Shown: positions 8,321 through 17,712 of the stretch, in pieces
How the letters are laid out: each line of letters begins with the position of its first letter
Position numbering within the stretch: the first letter of the stretch is position 1
NCBI GenBank assembly: GCA_963727895.1
Contig: CAVSHT010000019.1
Coordinates: forward strand, 1 to 22,059
From: an uncultured Methanosarcinaceae archaeon
GTDB lineage: Archaea > Halobacteriota > Methanosarcinia > Methanosarcinales > Methanosarcinaceae
Length of the DNA: 22,059 bases
Direction: 5' to 3'
Position numbers and translations under genes: made by a program
The notes under the pieces: generated by a model
The model's input: only the letters and a program-made list of their open reading frames with translations
Databases searched by the model: none
Told to the model about the DNA's origin: nothing

Positions 8321-8664
8321 AGAATTTTCATTAATGGATAATTTAGTTCAGGGTCATATTCCATTCCGACTTTTATCTTTGAAAATCCGTATTTTACAGT
8401 TATTTTTACCTTAAGCATAGGACCCTGAAGTTCAGAATAGCCAAATTCGTTGTTTAGCTTGCTTTTCAACATATCCCTATCGATTTTTACGGAAATTTCT
8501 TCCACATATGGCTGAACTGAAATGCTTTTCTGGATAGCCTGCTCAAGACTTGAAACTGTGTTTAAATTTACAGGTGAACCTGTAAATTGATGGTAAAGAG
8601 CTCCAAGTTTTATTCCTGCCTCAAAGAGTGCATTATCTCTGTCAGTTACTTTTTCTTGAACCAA
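8305..8664 (-). CDS. mptD: Archaeal dihydroneopterin aldolase (methanopterin pathway)
   Basis: TDR..A.FEAGIKLGALYHQF.G.PV, QPYV, FGYSEL.G.ML and L.YPLM motifs of the MptD (DUF372/381) family. TTG start after GGGAGAG. Confidence 0.85.
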   Translation of the reverse strand: MVQEKVTDRDNALFEAGIKLGALYHQFTGSPVNLNTVSSLEQAIQKSISVQPYVEEISVKIDRDMLKSKLNNEFGYSELQGPMLKVKITVKYGFSKIKVGMEYDPELNYPLMKILEIEA

Positions 8665-8716
8665 AAGAATCTCTCCCTTCTGGAAATTTACTTTACATAT
8701 TTCAAGTAATTATTTT

Positions 8717-9336
8717 GGTAGTGTTAATTAAACATAGTTAACTCTTTATTTCTGTATTTCATCAATAGAATAACCGAGTACTTTAGCATTTCAAGACTTT
8801 TTGTATAACACTTTGTCTTTCTTCTCAACCTTACCAGAAAGTGCCTCAATATGCTGTTTTCCCAGAGTAGTTTTCCAGTTTCTGTTCCTCTGCTGCCAAA
8901 AGAGCAGTTGATAAACTTTTTCCCAACTCTATCAACAGCAATCCAGATCCAGCAATATTTTTTTTGTTACCGATGTAAGTGTGCATTTCATCCATTTCAA
9001 CAATAGATATCTCATTTTCACTTTTTAGGTCCTCTAACTCCTGACCAAATTTCTTGATCCATTTTTGGACAGAAACATGACTCACCCCTAAAACTCGTCC
9101 TATTGAACGAAAGCCCAATCCTTCAAGGTAAAGTTGTAAAGCCTGTTTTTTGACAGAGGCGGAAAAAGCAGTTGATTTTAGCTCTACTGTATAGTTATAT
9201 CCACAATCATGGCATTTGTAGCGTTGACGCCCACCAACTATACCGTTCTTTTTGTGACTGGAACTATTGCATCTGGGGCAGTTAATGAAGAAATATACTT
9301 TCTAATAGTATATAACTATGTTTAAGTATCAATGCC
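8717..9336 (-). mobile_element. IS1-family insertion sequence, copy 2 (620 bp, internally deleted)
   Basis: 8-bp target duplication ATTATTTT at 8709-8716 and 9337-9344. IRs GGCATTGATACTTAAACATAG / GGTAGTGTTAATTAAACATAG (17/21). Above ~90% identical by eye to copy 1 in the coding part; lacks 121 bp equivalent to 5428-5548. Confidence 0.92.
8724..9286 (-). pseudogene. IS1-family transposase pseudogene
   Basis: Same Zn-ribbon/HTH/EMDEMH segment and A8 run (T8 at 8958-8965) as copy 1. The junction GGGAAAA|CAGCAT (about 8857/8856) removes the MTDHW and TVEG catalytic motifs. Confidence 0.88.
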
Positions 9337-9343
9337 ATTATTT

Positions 9344-10135
9344 TTACTGTTTTTCCTTCCCGATTCTCAGTTCTTTATTTCGATAGTCCTTATTACCAAG
9401 GTTACTTAATAGAGGGATCTTGAAAAAGGGAGAAAAAATGTATGTCAACATAAGGATGAAAGGCAGGATCGAAAAAACCCGCATAAATTCGACATTATAC
9501 AGATAGAGGAATATAGTTAGCCCGAAAATGGCAGCTATAAAAGCGAGAACCCTAACGTTCTTAATCTTGGGATAATTCACCGAACTTACCATAAGAATAG
9601 ATAAAGCCAGAGTAAGTGCTAAAAGGAAATCTATTTTGACAAGACTTTCACTCAGTAGCATGTATGTAGCAAGCATAACGCAGCCTGCAGTTATGGGAAG
9701 TCCTTCAAATCCATTTTTACTGGAAGTGAGTGAATTGAAGCGTGCAAGCCTGAGCACACCGCAGATGGCATAAAAAACAGGAAATACAGCAACAAGAGGA
9801 TCGGGGTATCTGACAAGTGGATTTATTTGCCCGAACTGTAGATATATAAGAAGAGCAGGAGCCACTCCGAAAGAAACCGCATCCGCAAGGGAGTCAAGTT
9901 GTCCCCCCAGTTCCCCTCCTTTGAATCGCCTGGCAATGTACCCATCTGCTCCATCTGCAATTGCTGCAGCAAGGAGTAAGATTGAAGCTAGAACAAATCC
10001 ATTATGAGCTGCTAAAATTTGAAATGTTGCAGCCTGGACTGTAGCCTGAGCAGCTACTGCAATTGAGCTAATTCCGCAGATGAGGTTCAAAAGAGAGACC
10101 AAGTCCGGGAGTCTTAACATTTGAAATACGTTCAT
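9344..10135 (-). CDS. pssA: Archaetidylserine synthase (CDP-alcohol phosphatidyltransferase)
   Basis: LPD.VSL.N..CG, DGADG.IAR...G.LG.QLDSLADAVSFGVAPA, LRLARFN, F.GLP, LMVS...YP; multi-pass membrane protein. ATG 10135 (or TTG 10141). Confidence 0.92.
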   Translation of the reverse strand: MNVFQMLRLPDLVSLLNLICGISSIAVAAQATVQAATFQILAAHNGFVLASILLLAAAIADGADGYIARRFKGGELGGQLDSLADAVSFGVAPALLIYLQFGQINPLVRYPDPLVAVFPVFYAICGVLRLARFNSLTSSKNGFEGLPITAGCVMLATYMLLSESLVKIDFLLALTLALSILMVSSVNYPKIKNVRVLAFIAAIFGLTIFLYLYNVEFMRVFSILPFILMLTYIFSPFFKIPLLSNLGNKDYRNKELRIGKEKQ

Positions 10136-10137
10136 GT

Positions 10138-10761
10138 TCAAAAGTCCCTATCATTATTTATTGTTGCTATAATAGTCTTGCCTGCAAGTACTCGCTCTCC
10201 TTTCTGTACTGTAATTTCAAAGTCATGAGGAATTGTTACATCAACTCTTGATCCTAAGCGAATCATTCCAATACGCTGTCCCTGCTCGATCATATCATTC
10301 ACTCGAGAATAAGGGACAATTCGTCTGGCAATTGTACCTGCAATCTGAGTGACACTGACATCCCCATATTTGCTGTGAATAATAAACTCATTTCTTTCGT
10401 TTCGTTCAGAGTCTTTACAGAAAGCAGGAAGATATCCTCCTTTCTTGTAAGTTATTTCCCTGATTTTTCCCGAAATAGGAGCCCTATTTACATGTACATT
10501 TTGGAAAAACATGAAAATACAGATTTTCCGGTCTCGAATGTCTATAACAGTCCCATCGGCTGGGGAAATCATATAAGTGTCAGAAACTTCAACCTCTCTT
10601 TCAGGATCTCTGAAGAAAAAAACCATAAAGAAGGTCAGCGCAACTGCTACGTACGCAGCATAGTTTAGACTAGAGCTGTTGATTAACCTAGAAAGAATTG
10701 CGAAAAATGCAGTAATAAGTGCAACTGTAAAAAGCCAGGGTTCAGAGCCTTTTGCAAGCAT
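10138..10761 (-). CDS. psd: Archaetidylserine (phosphatidylserine) decarboxylase proenzyme
   Basis: FFFRDPER, SPADG.V, IFM...NVHVNRAP.SG, QIAG..ARRI and the self-cleavage motif IRLGSRVD. ATG 10761 with SD GGGGAGGA in the end of artA. Confidence 0.93.
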   Translation of the reverse strand: MLAKGSEPWLFTVALITAFFAILSRLINSSSLNYAAYVAVALTFFMVFFFRDPEREVEVSDTYMISPADGTVIDIRDRKICIFMFFQNVHVNRAPISGKIREITYKKGGYLPAFCKDSERNERNEFIIHSKYGDVSVTQIAGTIARRIVPYSRVNDMIEQGQRIGMIRLGSRVDVTIPHDFEITVQKGERVLAGKTIIATINNDRDF

Positions 10762-10766
10762 TGGCT

Positions 10767-11636
10767 TCAATCCTCCCCGGCTCTGTGCAGAAGTGATCTC
10801 AATTCTTGAGAAATTATGACCCATAGATTATCAATCATTTCAAGTAGTTCTGGAAGAATCCGGAGCACTGCATATGAAATCACAAATAGAGCAATGCCTG
10901 AACCCGCCTTTGCGATATAATTATGCGCAATTGCAAAACTATCAGCTCCAAACCATTGATTTCCATAAGCAATTACCACGAAAATATCCCTGATAATATT
11001 AAGTATATAGATAACTGGCACTGATACGATAAAAGCCATAGTCAAACGGCTAAGAGGAGCTTTCACTGCAGCTATAAGTCCAACAAAGAGAGCAATGCTT
11101 TCAATTGCTGTACAGGCAAGAATGATTTCCACTGTATATCCATTAAATGTGATCATATTCCATGCGTTCATGTACGCAGGAATCTCGAAATATCGGAGAC
11201 CCCACAAAACCTGGGAAGTAACCCCTCCTACGATCCAGGTATTTAGCGAGGAAAAATTTGCAAATGGGAAATAGACGAGAGTTCCGAGTGAAGTGGCAGT
11301 GGTAAGCATAGATGTTGTATCAAGAGAATTGTTTTCACCATTATCTGAAAATTTCGAATACACTACTTCTTTATGATTTCTTATGTAGATAGGACCTTCC
11401 CTATATTCCCTTAACATAACGTAGGCTACAAATAGACAAAATAAGGCTACTATTATTGTAAGTAGCACATTGACATAATCCTGAATCTCTAGATAATGGA
11501 AAGGTTGATACCCCCAGTGGATGGAAAATACACCCCACCCAAGCCCTCCAATCATTTTACGAATTTTAGAGGTTCTGGGAATGATGGATGATGTAACCAT
11601 TAACCCGACTGCGAGCCAGAGTATACTTTCTATCAT
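10767..11636 (-). CDS. artA: Archaeosortase A
   Basis: Multi-TM protein with catalytic-Cys motif V.IILACTAIESIALF, IY.LNIIR..F and SF..AHN.IAK.GS. Adjacent to psd-pssA. SD AAGGTG upstream. Confidence 0.9.
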   Translation of the reverse strand: MIESILWLAVGLMVTSSIIPRTSKIRKMIGGLGWGVFSIHWGYQPFHYLEIQDYVNVLLTIIVALFCLFVAYVMLREYREGPIYIRNHKEVVYSKFSDNGENNSLDTTSMLTTATSLGTLVYFPFANFSSLNTWIVGGVTSQVLWGLRYFEIPAYMNAWNMITFNGYTVEIILACTAIESIALFVGLIAAVKAPLSRLTMAFIVSVPVIYILNIIRDIFVVIAYGNQWFGADSFAIAHNYIAKAGSGIALFVISYAVLRILPELLEMIDNLWVIISQELRSLLHRAGED

Positions 11637-11772
11637 TTTGTATGCACCTTTTTTGCCAGAGGTAAAGCTTAGTTTTATATTTTATTTTTCCGATCTCTGA
11701 GAACTCAGAAAACCTGATAGCTCAGAAAAACCTCGGGCAAGTTATGATGTTTCCGGAAGTAACATGTGAAGT

Positions 11773-11780
11773 CATATAAA
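11773..11780 (-). promoter_or_regulatory. Candidate TATA box of the artA-psd-pssA operon
   Basis: TTTATATG on the minus strand, about 140 bp upstream of the artA ATG; implies a ~110-nt 5' UTR. Confidence 0.45.
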
Positions 11781-11977
11781 TAATTAATATATTTCCGTAG
11801 AAGCTTCTAATAAATTCAATAATTTACAGATGTTAGTATTAAGGAATTCAAAGGTTATGGATTTTACTTATTGATAAGTGTAAATAAGTACCTCCATTAA
11901 GACACTGATAAGAGTATTTGAGCCTGCAATAGATAATAGATTCCTATTATAGAAAAATAACGTTACAAATGTTCTTT

Positions 11978-12003
11978 CACTTATATAAAACACTTATATA
12001 AAA
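11978..12003 (+). repeat. 13-bp tandem duplication containing a TATA-like box
   Basis: CACTTATATAAAA twice in exact tandem (11978-11990, 11991-12003). Confidence 0.85.
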
Positions 12004-12274
12004 AATAGAAAAAAATGAATGAACGTTGGAACTGACAAGAAATTTTTTATATATAATAAAAGGGAAACATTTAAGAGAAACTACCACATAATGAATTTTT
12101 CTGCTTAATAGAAACTTGACTTAAGATGTCAAAATTGAAATACGATTAAGAATTTCTACGTAATGTACAATAATATTATTATTTTATTCTGGTATTCCTG
12201 CTGGAAAAGCTAATTCAGAAATTGATTAGTGACGGAAAAAGAGATATCCCCTAAAGTAAATTCGAAGGCGTTTT

Positions 12275-12691
12275 ATGAAACTTCAAACTCCCAGTTTAAC
12301 CGTTGATACCATAATACTCTTTAAAAACAGGCTTGTGCTGGTGACGAGAAAAAATCCCCCATATAAAGGAAAATTTGCTCTTCCTGGCGGCTTTGTGGAA
12401 ATAGGAGAAAGTACAGAAGAAGCAGCAGCAAGGGAAGCTTTTGAAGAAACAGGCCTTTCTGTAAAGATTATTAAACTTGTAGGGGTTTATTCTGATCCTC
12501 ATCGTGATCCCAGAGGACATACGGTTTCAGTATGTTACCTGGCAAATGGATTTGGAGAACTGAAATCGGGGTCTGATGCTGATTCCGCCGAACTTTTCGA
12601 ACTTGATACCATTCCTGAACTGGCTTTTGATCATAATAAAATTGTAAACGATGCAAAAAGTGATATTAATGCAATTCTGTCCCAAATGTAA
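12275..12691 (+). CDS. Nudix hydrolase, ADP-ribose pyrophosphatase-like
   Basis: Nudix box GGFVEIGESTEEAAAREAFEETG, plus P.LTVD, VYSDP.RDPRGH.VS and LAFDH. Confidence 0.92.
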   Translation: MKLQTPSLTVDTIILFKNRLVLVTRKNPPYKGKFALPGGFVEIGESTEEAAAREAFEETGLSVKIIKLVGVYSDPHRDPRGHTVSVCYLANGFGELKSGSDADSAELFELDTIPELAFDHNKIVNDAKSDINAILSQM

Positions 12692-12983
12692 AAGTATGAT
12701 GTTTCCTAAAAACGGCAATTTCGAATGCAGAAAATGTGGAAGCACAATACCTATAGAAAAAGATGAAAAAAGTTTTGTCTCTAAAGCCACGATCGATGAC
12801 CATGAAGTAGTGGTTCTGGAAGGAGAACAAACTTCAGGTCTGCCAACAACAAACGCAAAATGTTCAGAGTGCGGAAATAACACTGCAGCCTGGTGGCTCA
12901 GACAGCTAAGGTCTGCCGATGAATCTGAAACCCGTTTCTTCAAATGTACAAAATGCGGATTTACCTGGAGAGAATACGATTAA
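12669..12983 (+). CDS. tfs: Transcription factor S (TFS/RpoM-like transcript cleavage factor)
   Basis: Two Zn ribbons (FCPKC..CRKCG; CSECG..CTKCG) and the acidic hairpin QLRSADESETRF. ATG 12669 overlaps the Nudix 3' end by 23 nt. Confidence 0.93.
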   Translation: MQFCPKCKSMMFPKNGNFECRKCGSTIPIEKDEKSFVSKATIDDHEVVVLEGEQTSGLPTTNAKCSECGNNTAAWWLRQLRSADESETRFFKCTKCGFTWREYD

Positions 12984-13298
12984 GATTGATTACTCTTCTA
13001 GTTACCCTTGAAAAGTAAATTTTTCGGAAAAATAGATTTACAGATTATAGTTTTCTTTCTGCTTCAATCAGATCCTTGAGCCTCCCTGTCTTCGGACCAA
13101 GTTTATATAGTTGCCGGGAGTTTGAATCTAATGATTTTTCCGATTCCAGAAACCCATTCATCCTTATTTGAAAATTAACTATTTAAATATAGAAAAAATT
13201 TTCGTATATATGTAAAAATGTATGTGTCCGTAAAGAAATGTATATATCTCAAGGGTAATAAAGAGTTTAAGACTTAAATTTATTATTGGAGAAGAATT

Positions 13299-14036
13299 AT
13301 GTTCAAGGCAGCAATTAATGCAGAGCTTCTGAAAGATTCATTTGCCGCACTGGCTGTAATTGTAGATGAGGTCAGACTCAAGATAAAACCGGAAGGTATT
13401 TCGGTAAAAGCAGTTGATCCTGCCAATGTTGCGATGGGAATTTTTGAGCTTGGGTCATCCGCTTTTGATGAATATAGTGCTGATGAATGTGAGATTGGAG
13501 TTGACCTGACAAAAATTATGGACCTGTTGGGGATTGCGGACAAGACTAACACAGTTCAGCTGGAACTTGAAGAAGAGAATCATAAACTCTTGATTGACGT
13601 TGGAGGATTGTCCTATACACTTTCTCTTCTTGATCCTTCCACAATTCGTGCAGAACCAAGAGTTCCCCAGCTCGAGCTGCCTGCAAAAGTTGTCCTAAAC
13701 GGTGCAGATCTTAGACGTGCTGTGAAAGCTGCAGAAAAAATAAGCGATCACATGCTCATGGGAGTTTCTGATGATACATTCTTTATGGAAGCAAAAGGCG
13801 ATACTGACAAAGTTCGCCTGGAAATGGGTAGAGATCAGCTGATTGATTTGAAATCAGGTGAAGCCTGTTCGCTTTTCTCCCTGGACTATTTAACCGATAT
13901 AGTCAAACCCACAAATAAGATTAATGAGGTTACACTCTCCCTTGGAAAAGATTTTCCAGTATTCATAGATTTTGAAATTGCAAACGGTGCAGGAAGGATT
14001 TCTTACCTCCTGGCTCCAAGAATTGAGTCGGACTAA
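13299..14036 (+). CDS. pcn: DNA polymerase sliding clamp PCNA
   Basis: 245 aa; AVDPANVAM, IGVDL, FSLDYL, LG.DFP and C-terminal YLLAPRIE. SD GGAGA. Confidence 0.97.
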   Translation: MFKAAINAELLKDSFAALAVIVDEVRLKIKPEGISVKAVDPANVAMGIFELGSSAFDEYSADECEIGVDLTKIMDLLGIADKTNTVQLELEEENHKLLIDVGGLSYTLSLLDPSTIRAEPRVPQLELPAKVVLNGADLRRAVKAAEKISDHMLMGVSDDTFFMEAKGDTDKVRLEMGRDQLIDLKSGEACSLFSLDYLTDIVKPTNKINEVTLSLGKDFPVFIDFEIANGAGRISYLLAPRIESD

Positions 14037-14040
14037 TCTT

Positions 14041-15141
14041 ATGCAGGCTGAAGAACTTGCATATTTCCCCTTTATTTCAGAAGCATCTATTTATGTTGAA
14101 AATCTGGGTATTTCCCTAGACAGTTTGCTTAATTCCCGAGCCTATCGGGCTGCAAGAGTAAGAGGAATAGAAAGAGTAAAAGAAGCTCTTGAAGGAGAAA
14201 TAAAAAAATCTCCAGTCTCTGGTGAAGTCCAGATTCTTTCAGAAATTCTTTCTTATCCTTTTGCTCGGATGCTGGTTGCCTGTATAGACGATCAGCTCTT
14301 TACCAGGCGCTATGCTCTGGCAGAAGCAAAAGCTGCCTATAATCAATTAAAAAACGAAACTCCATCTTTTTTGCTTAAATTCGGAGAGAATTTTGGAATA
14401 GCAACCGATTTTAGAGATTATTCTTTCAGCATGCATTTTACGTCTTATATCCACTTTTCAAATGCCCTGAAAGATCCTGCCTGGAAGCTGACAAACCGTC
14501 AGTTTCGGTCTGGAGAAGTAAAAATTACAAAAGAAGAATTTTCAAGGCTTCTTGAAGAAGCTGTCAGAGAACGTATTGAACAGTCGTTTCCAATTCCTGA
14601 AATCCCTTCTGAAGTTTCAAGTTTTTGTGCTCCCTATGTTGCCGAGATAAAAGACCAGTTTGAAATCCAGAAGAAAAAATTTGGAGCAACAGACTTTGGA
14701 ACAGTTGAGCCGGAACTTTTTCCTCCTTGCATATCCCATGCACTTGCAAACGTACAGGGTGGAATAAACCTTGCTCATTCTATGCGTTTTGCCATGACTT
14801 CTTTCCTGCTAAATGTGGGAATGTCAGTAGACGAAATTCTTAACCTTTTCAATATATCTCCTGATTTTAACGCAGAACTAACCCTTTATCAAATAGAACA
14901 TATTGCAGGAGCAACAGGAAATGTATACAAGCCTCCGGCATGTGATACAATGAGAACCTATGGTAATTGCATAGGAAAAGATAGATTGTGCGAGACGATC
15001 AGTCATCCTTTAGGATATTATGAGAAAAAAATATATCTAAAAAAGAAAGAAAGCGAAAAAGAGGCGGAAGAAAAAAGGAGAGAAAGTGAAAAAGATAGTG
15101 GAAAAGGAAAGGAGAAAAGGGACATATCTTTAAGAAAATAA
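14041..15141 (+). CDS. priL: DNA primase large (regulatory) subunit
   Basis: YPF.R, RRYA..EA, WKL.NR....G.V, FPPCI, H..RF...SFL..G, YQI.HI.G, Y.PP.C.T....G.C (Fe-S ligands) and HPL.YY. ATG 4 nt after the pcn stop. Confidence 0.93.
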   Translation: MQAEELAYFPFISEASIYVENLGISLDSLLNSRAYRAARVRGIERVKEALEGEIKKSPVSGEVQILSEILSYPFARMLVACIDDQLFTRRYALAEAKAAYNQLKNETPSFLLKFGENFGIATDFRDYSFSMHFTSYIHFSNALKDPAWKLTNRQFRSGEVKITKEEFSRLLEEAVRERIEQSFPIPEIPSEVSSFCAPYVAEIKDQFEIQKKKFGATDFGTVEPELFPPCISHALANVQGGINLAHSMRFAMTSFLLNVGMSVDEILNLFNISPDFNAELTLYQIEHIAGATGNVYKPPACDTMRTYGNCIGKDRLCETISHPLGYYEKKIYLKKKESEKEAEEKRRESEKDSGKGKEKRDISLRK

Positions 15142-15177
15142 TAAATAAGTTGTGCCCAATTTTAAGATATATATTAT

Positions 15178-15651
15178 ATGTTTGATGAACAAAAAGAAAT
15201 CGGATCTATACTTATAGAAATAAGTAATAGAAATGTAGACAGGTTTTTTTCGCTAATCGAATTTGCAGTTGTGGTACTTACCCTATACGCTTCAATTACC
15301 ATATATAATCCATCTATATTAAAATCTTTGCAAACAATCAATAGTAATCTCATTCTTTGCATTATATCTATTTTTATAGCAATTTATTATTCAATAACGC
15401 AAATACAAGATAGTTGGAAGGATGTCTCTGTATTCACAAAAAATGAAGGTTTAATTCAATTTAAAAAAGAACAAGAATTGTCAAAACTGAACGACCACTT
15501 ATTTTCATCAATTAAAACTCAATCCGATACTTTTATAAGTTCACTTCTCCTTATTGTCTGTTCTCTCGGATTTTCTGTAGTTATTTATTACCAAAAGATA
15601 ATTTTCCTATTAAAGATATGGTATTTTTCGCTTTTTGTGTCCTTTTTATAA
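15178..15651 (+). CDS. Hypothetical low-GC membrane protein, possibly truncated
   Basis: 157-aa ORF with about 4 hydrophobic segments; very AT-rich; no recognisable motif. Confidence 0.5.
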   Translation: MFDEQKEIGSILIEISNRNVDRFFSLIEFAVVVLTLYASITIYNPSILKSLQTINSNLILCIISIFIAIYYSITQIQDSWKDVSVFTKNEGLIQFKKEQELSKLNDHLFSSIKTQSDTFISSLLLIVCSLGFSVVIYYQKIIFLLKIWYFSLFVSFL

Positions 15652-16276
15652 TTTCTATTCTATTTAAACATTGAGAGAAAATCTTAACATTGTATAAAAG
15701 TCGAGAAAATAATATTAATAGTTAATTTGCCGCTCTCAATATCGCTGATTTATATCTTTGAAGTTGCAATCGATTATGAAAGCAATACTGAAAATTTTAT
15801 GATTTAGAGAATAAAGTTGGCTTTGGGATAGCCACTATTTAAATTAATTATTTAACTTGTATAGTATAGCTTTTAATCTATAAACTTTGCTTGATTTTAG
15901 TTACAAACATTGTCTGATAAACTCTTCTGGCATTAAGGTACATTTTATAAAATATGATATTGAATACAATATTCTTTCAAATTATTCATATAAGAGTACT
16001 GAACGTATTCAACAGTTCCTCAGAGTGCCTTACTAATATAATATTCAATCTATAATCTGTATTCCGAAAAACGATATAATCTTTAGAAATTAATTTTACC
16101 TTACAATTCTGAGCCTAATAGACTGAAAGTATTTTAACAGGAGTTCAAGTAAAAATGTCAGATAGAGTTAAAAACCTCAATAAAAGTCCAGCAACAGATC
16201 AAAAATTGAGGAAATTTAAAAGTTGCTCGCAAAGCAAGCAACTTCACTGATTCTGAAACTGTACATTATTCTACAG

Positions 16277-17596
16277 TTATTTTCTTTTGTATTGTCTGCA
16301 TTTTTCCACGAATTTTTCTACTGGGAAAGTTACAGGATGAGAATGTATATAGCCTGCCAGAGTGTTGTGCTCGATGAGACCGTCAAAACCGTCCTGTATA
16401 CCTTTTCCACGGATCATTTCATATGCAAATTTTGCATCACGGTCGCACTCTGTAATAGAATAATGGAATTCGTGACCTCTGATATTATGAGAGGAGAAGC
16501 TCTTATCCAGAGGACGAGCTTCAGTGTACCCAAGAGCCTTAAGTCGATTGGTCATGAGCGTGTTTGCGGGAACGACATCTGCAAGTTTATATGTTCTGTT
16601 CTCAATTTCATAAGTCCCGCAGAGGTAAAGCAGGCCACCACATTCTGCATAGATAGGTAAACCGTCAGCTGCAAGGTCCTTAAGTTTCCTGGTCGTTTCT
16701 GACTTTTCAAGAGTTTCCACGTAAAGTTCTGGATACCCGCCTCCAAAGTAAAGCCCATCTACGTCTGGAAGCTCTCCTGCCATAGGACTAAAAAATTCAA
16801 TTTCTGCTCCATAATTCCTGAAGGCATCAAACATATCCTGGTAATAGAAACAGAAAGCCGGATCCCTGGCAATTCCTATTTTGATATCGGCTTCAGGTCT
16901 CTGTATATCTTTAATTTCTGGAACCGAACATGGTTCAGCAAGTTCAAGCACTAAATCAAGGTCAACGTTTTTCTCAATAAAATATGCCATTTCCTCAGTA
17001 TTGTAGTCTTTTTCATGAGCCATATACAGCCCTAGATGCCTTGAAGGAACCTCAATATCTTTCTGTCTCGGAATCGCACCTACAATAGGAATGTTACCCG
17101 GAAGCGAATTTTTTATAAGTTCAGTATGCTTTGGGCTGCCTATTTGATTCAGAATAACACCTACAACCCTGACTTCAGGATCGAACTCAGAATATCCTTT
17201 AAGGAGGGCAGCGGTGCTTCTGGACATTCCATGTACATTGACTACCAGAATTACCGGAAGGTTAAGGGTTTTTGCAACATGTGCGGAACTTGCAATTTCC
17301 GTAGATTCCATTCCATCAAAAAGACCCATAACTCCTTCTACTACCATAATATCCGCATCTCTAGCAGTGTGGGCTACAGTCTGTATAACTCCGTCAGTAC
17401 CCATTATGTACGTGTCCAGGTTTCTGGAAGGACGCCCGCAAATTGCGGTATGATGAGAAGGATCAATATAGTCAGGCCCTACTTTATAAGGCTGAACTTT
17501 TAGCTGCCTGTGTTTAAGGGCAGCCATGATACCCATGGAGACTGTCGTTTTTCCGACCCCACTATGGGTTCCTGCAATAACTATTCCTTTTGTCAT
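16277..17596 (-). CDS. cbiA: Cobyrinate a,c-diamide synthase
   Basis: IAGTHSGVGKTT P-loop, KVGPDYIDP..H, NLD, VEGVMGLFDG, SRHLGL, AF.FYY, GGGYPE, YAECGG, GHEFHYS. ATG 17596 with TTTAATATAT about 25 nt upstream (likely leaderless). CbiA versus its paralog CfbB is judged only from the absence of a cfb cluster. Confidence 0.85.
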   Translation of the reverse strand: MTKGIVIAGTHSGVGKTTVSMGIMAALKHRQLKVQPYKVGPDYIDPSHHTAICGRPSRNLDTYIMGTDGVIQTVAHTARDADIMVVEGVMGLFDGMESTEIASSAHVAKTLNLPVILVVNVHGMSRSTAALLKGYSEFDPEVRVVGVILNQIGSPKHTELIKNSLPGNIPIVGAIPRQKDIEVPSRHLGLYMAHEKDYNTEEMAYFIEKNVDLDLVLELAEPCSVPEIKDIQRPEADIKIGIARDPAFCFYYQDMFDAFRNYGAEIEFFSPMAGELPDVDGLYFGGGYPELYVETLEKSETTRKLKDLAADGLPIYAECGGLLYLCGTYEIENRTYKLADVVPANTLMTNRLKALGYTEARPLDKSFSSHNIRGHEFHYSITECDRDAKFAYEMIRGKGIQDGFDGLIEHNTLAGYIHSHPVTFPVEKFVEKCRQYKRK

Positions 17597-17712
17597 CTGC
17601 TGGATATTGTTGCTATTAAAATATATTAAAGCTATCAATCCAGCTACTTTAAGCACTTTATAACTCTTTTCAAGAACATAAGTGGGAAAATAAAAAATTT
17701 AATTGATTCAAG

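Noticed and set aside
4940..9344. Composite transposon that imported argD-hisC-mptD
   Set aside because: Each IS has its own distinct target duplication and the outer flanks do not match. The enclosed genes are ordinary housekeeping genes.
13082..13120. GTC-TTCG-GAC tetraloop inside a CTCCC/GGGAG stem between tfs and pcn as an sRNA
   Set aside because: The stems are only 3 and 5 bp and enclose a TTTATATA box (13102-13109); more simply an upstream pcn promoter.
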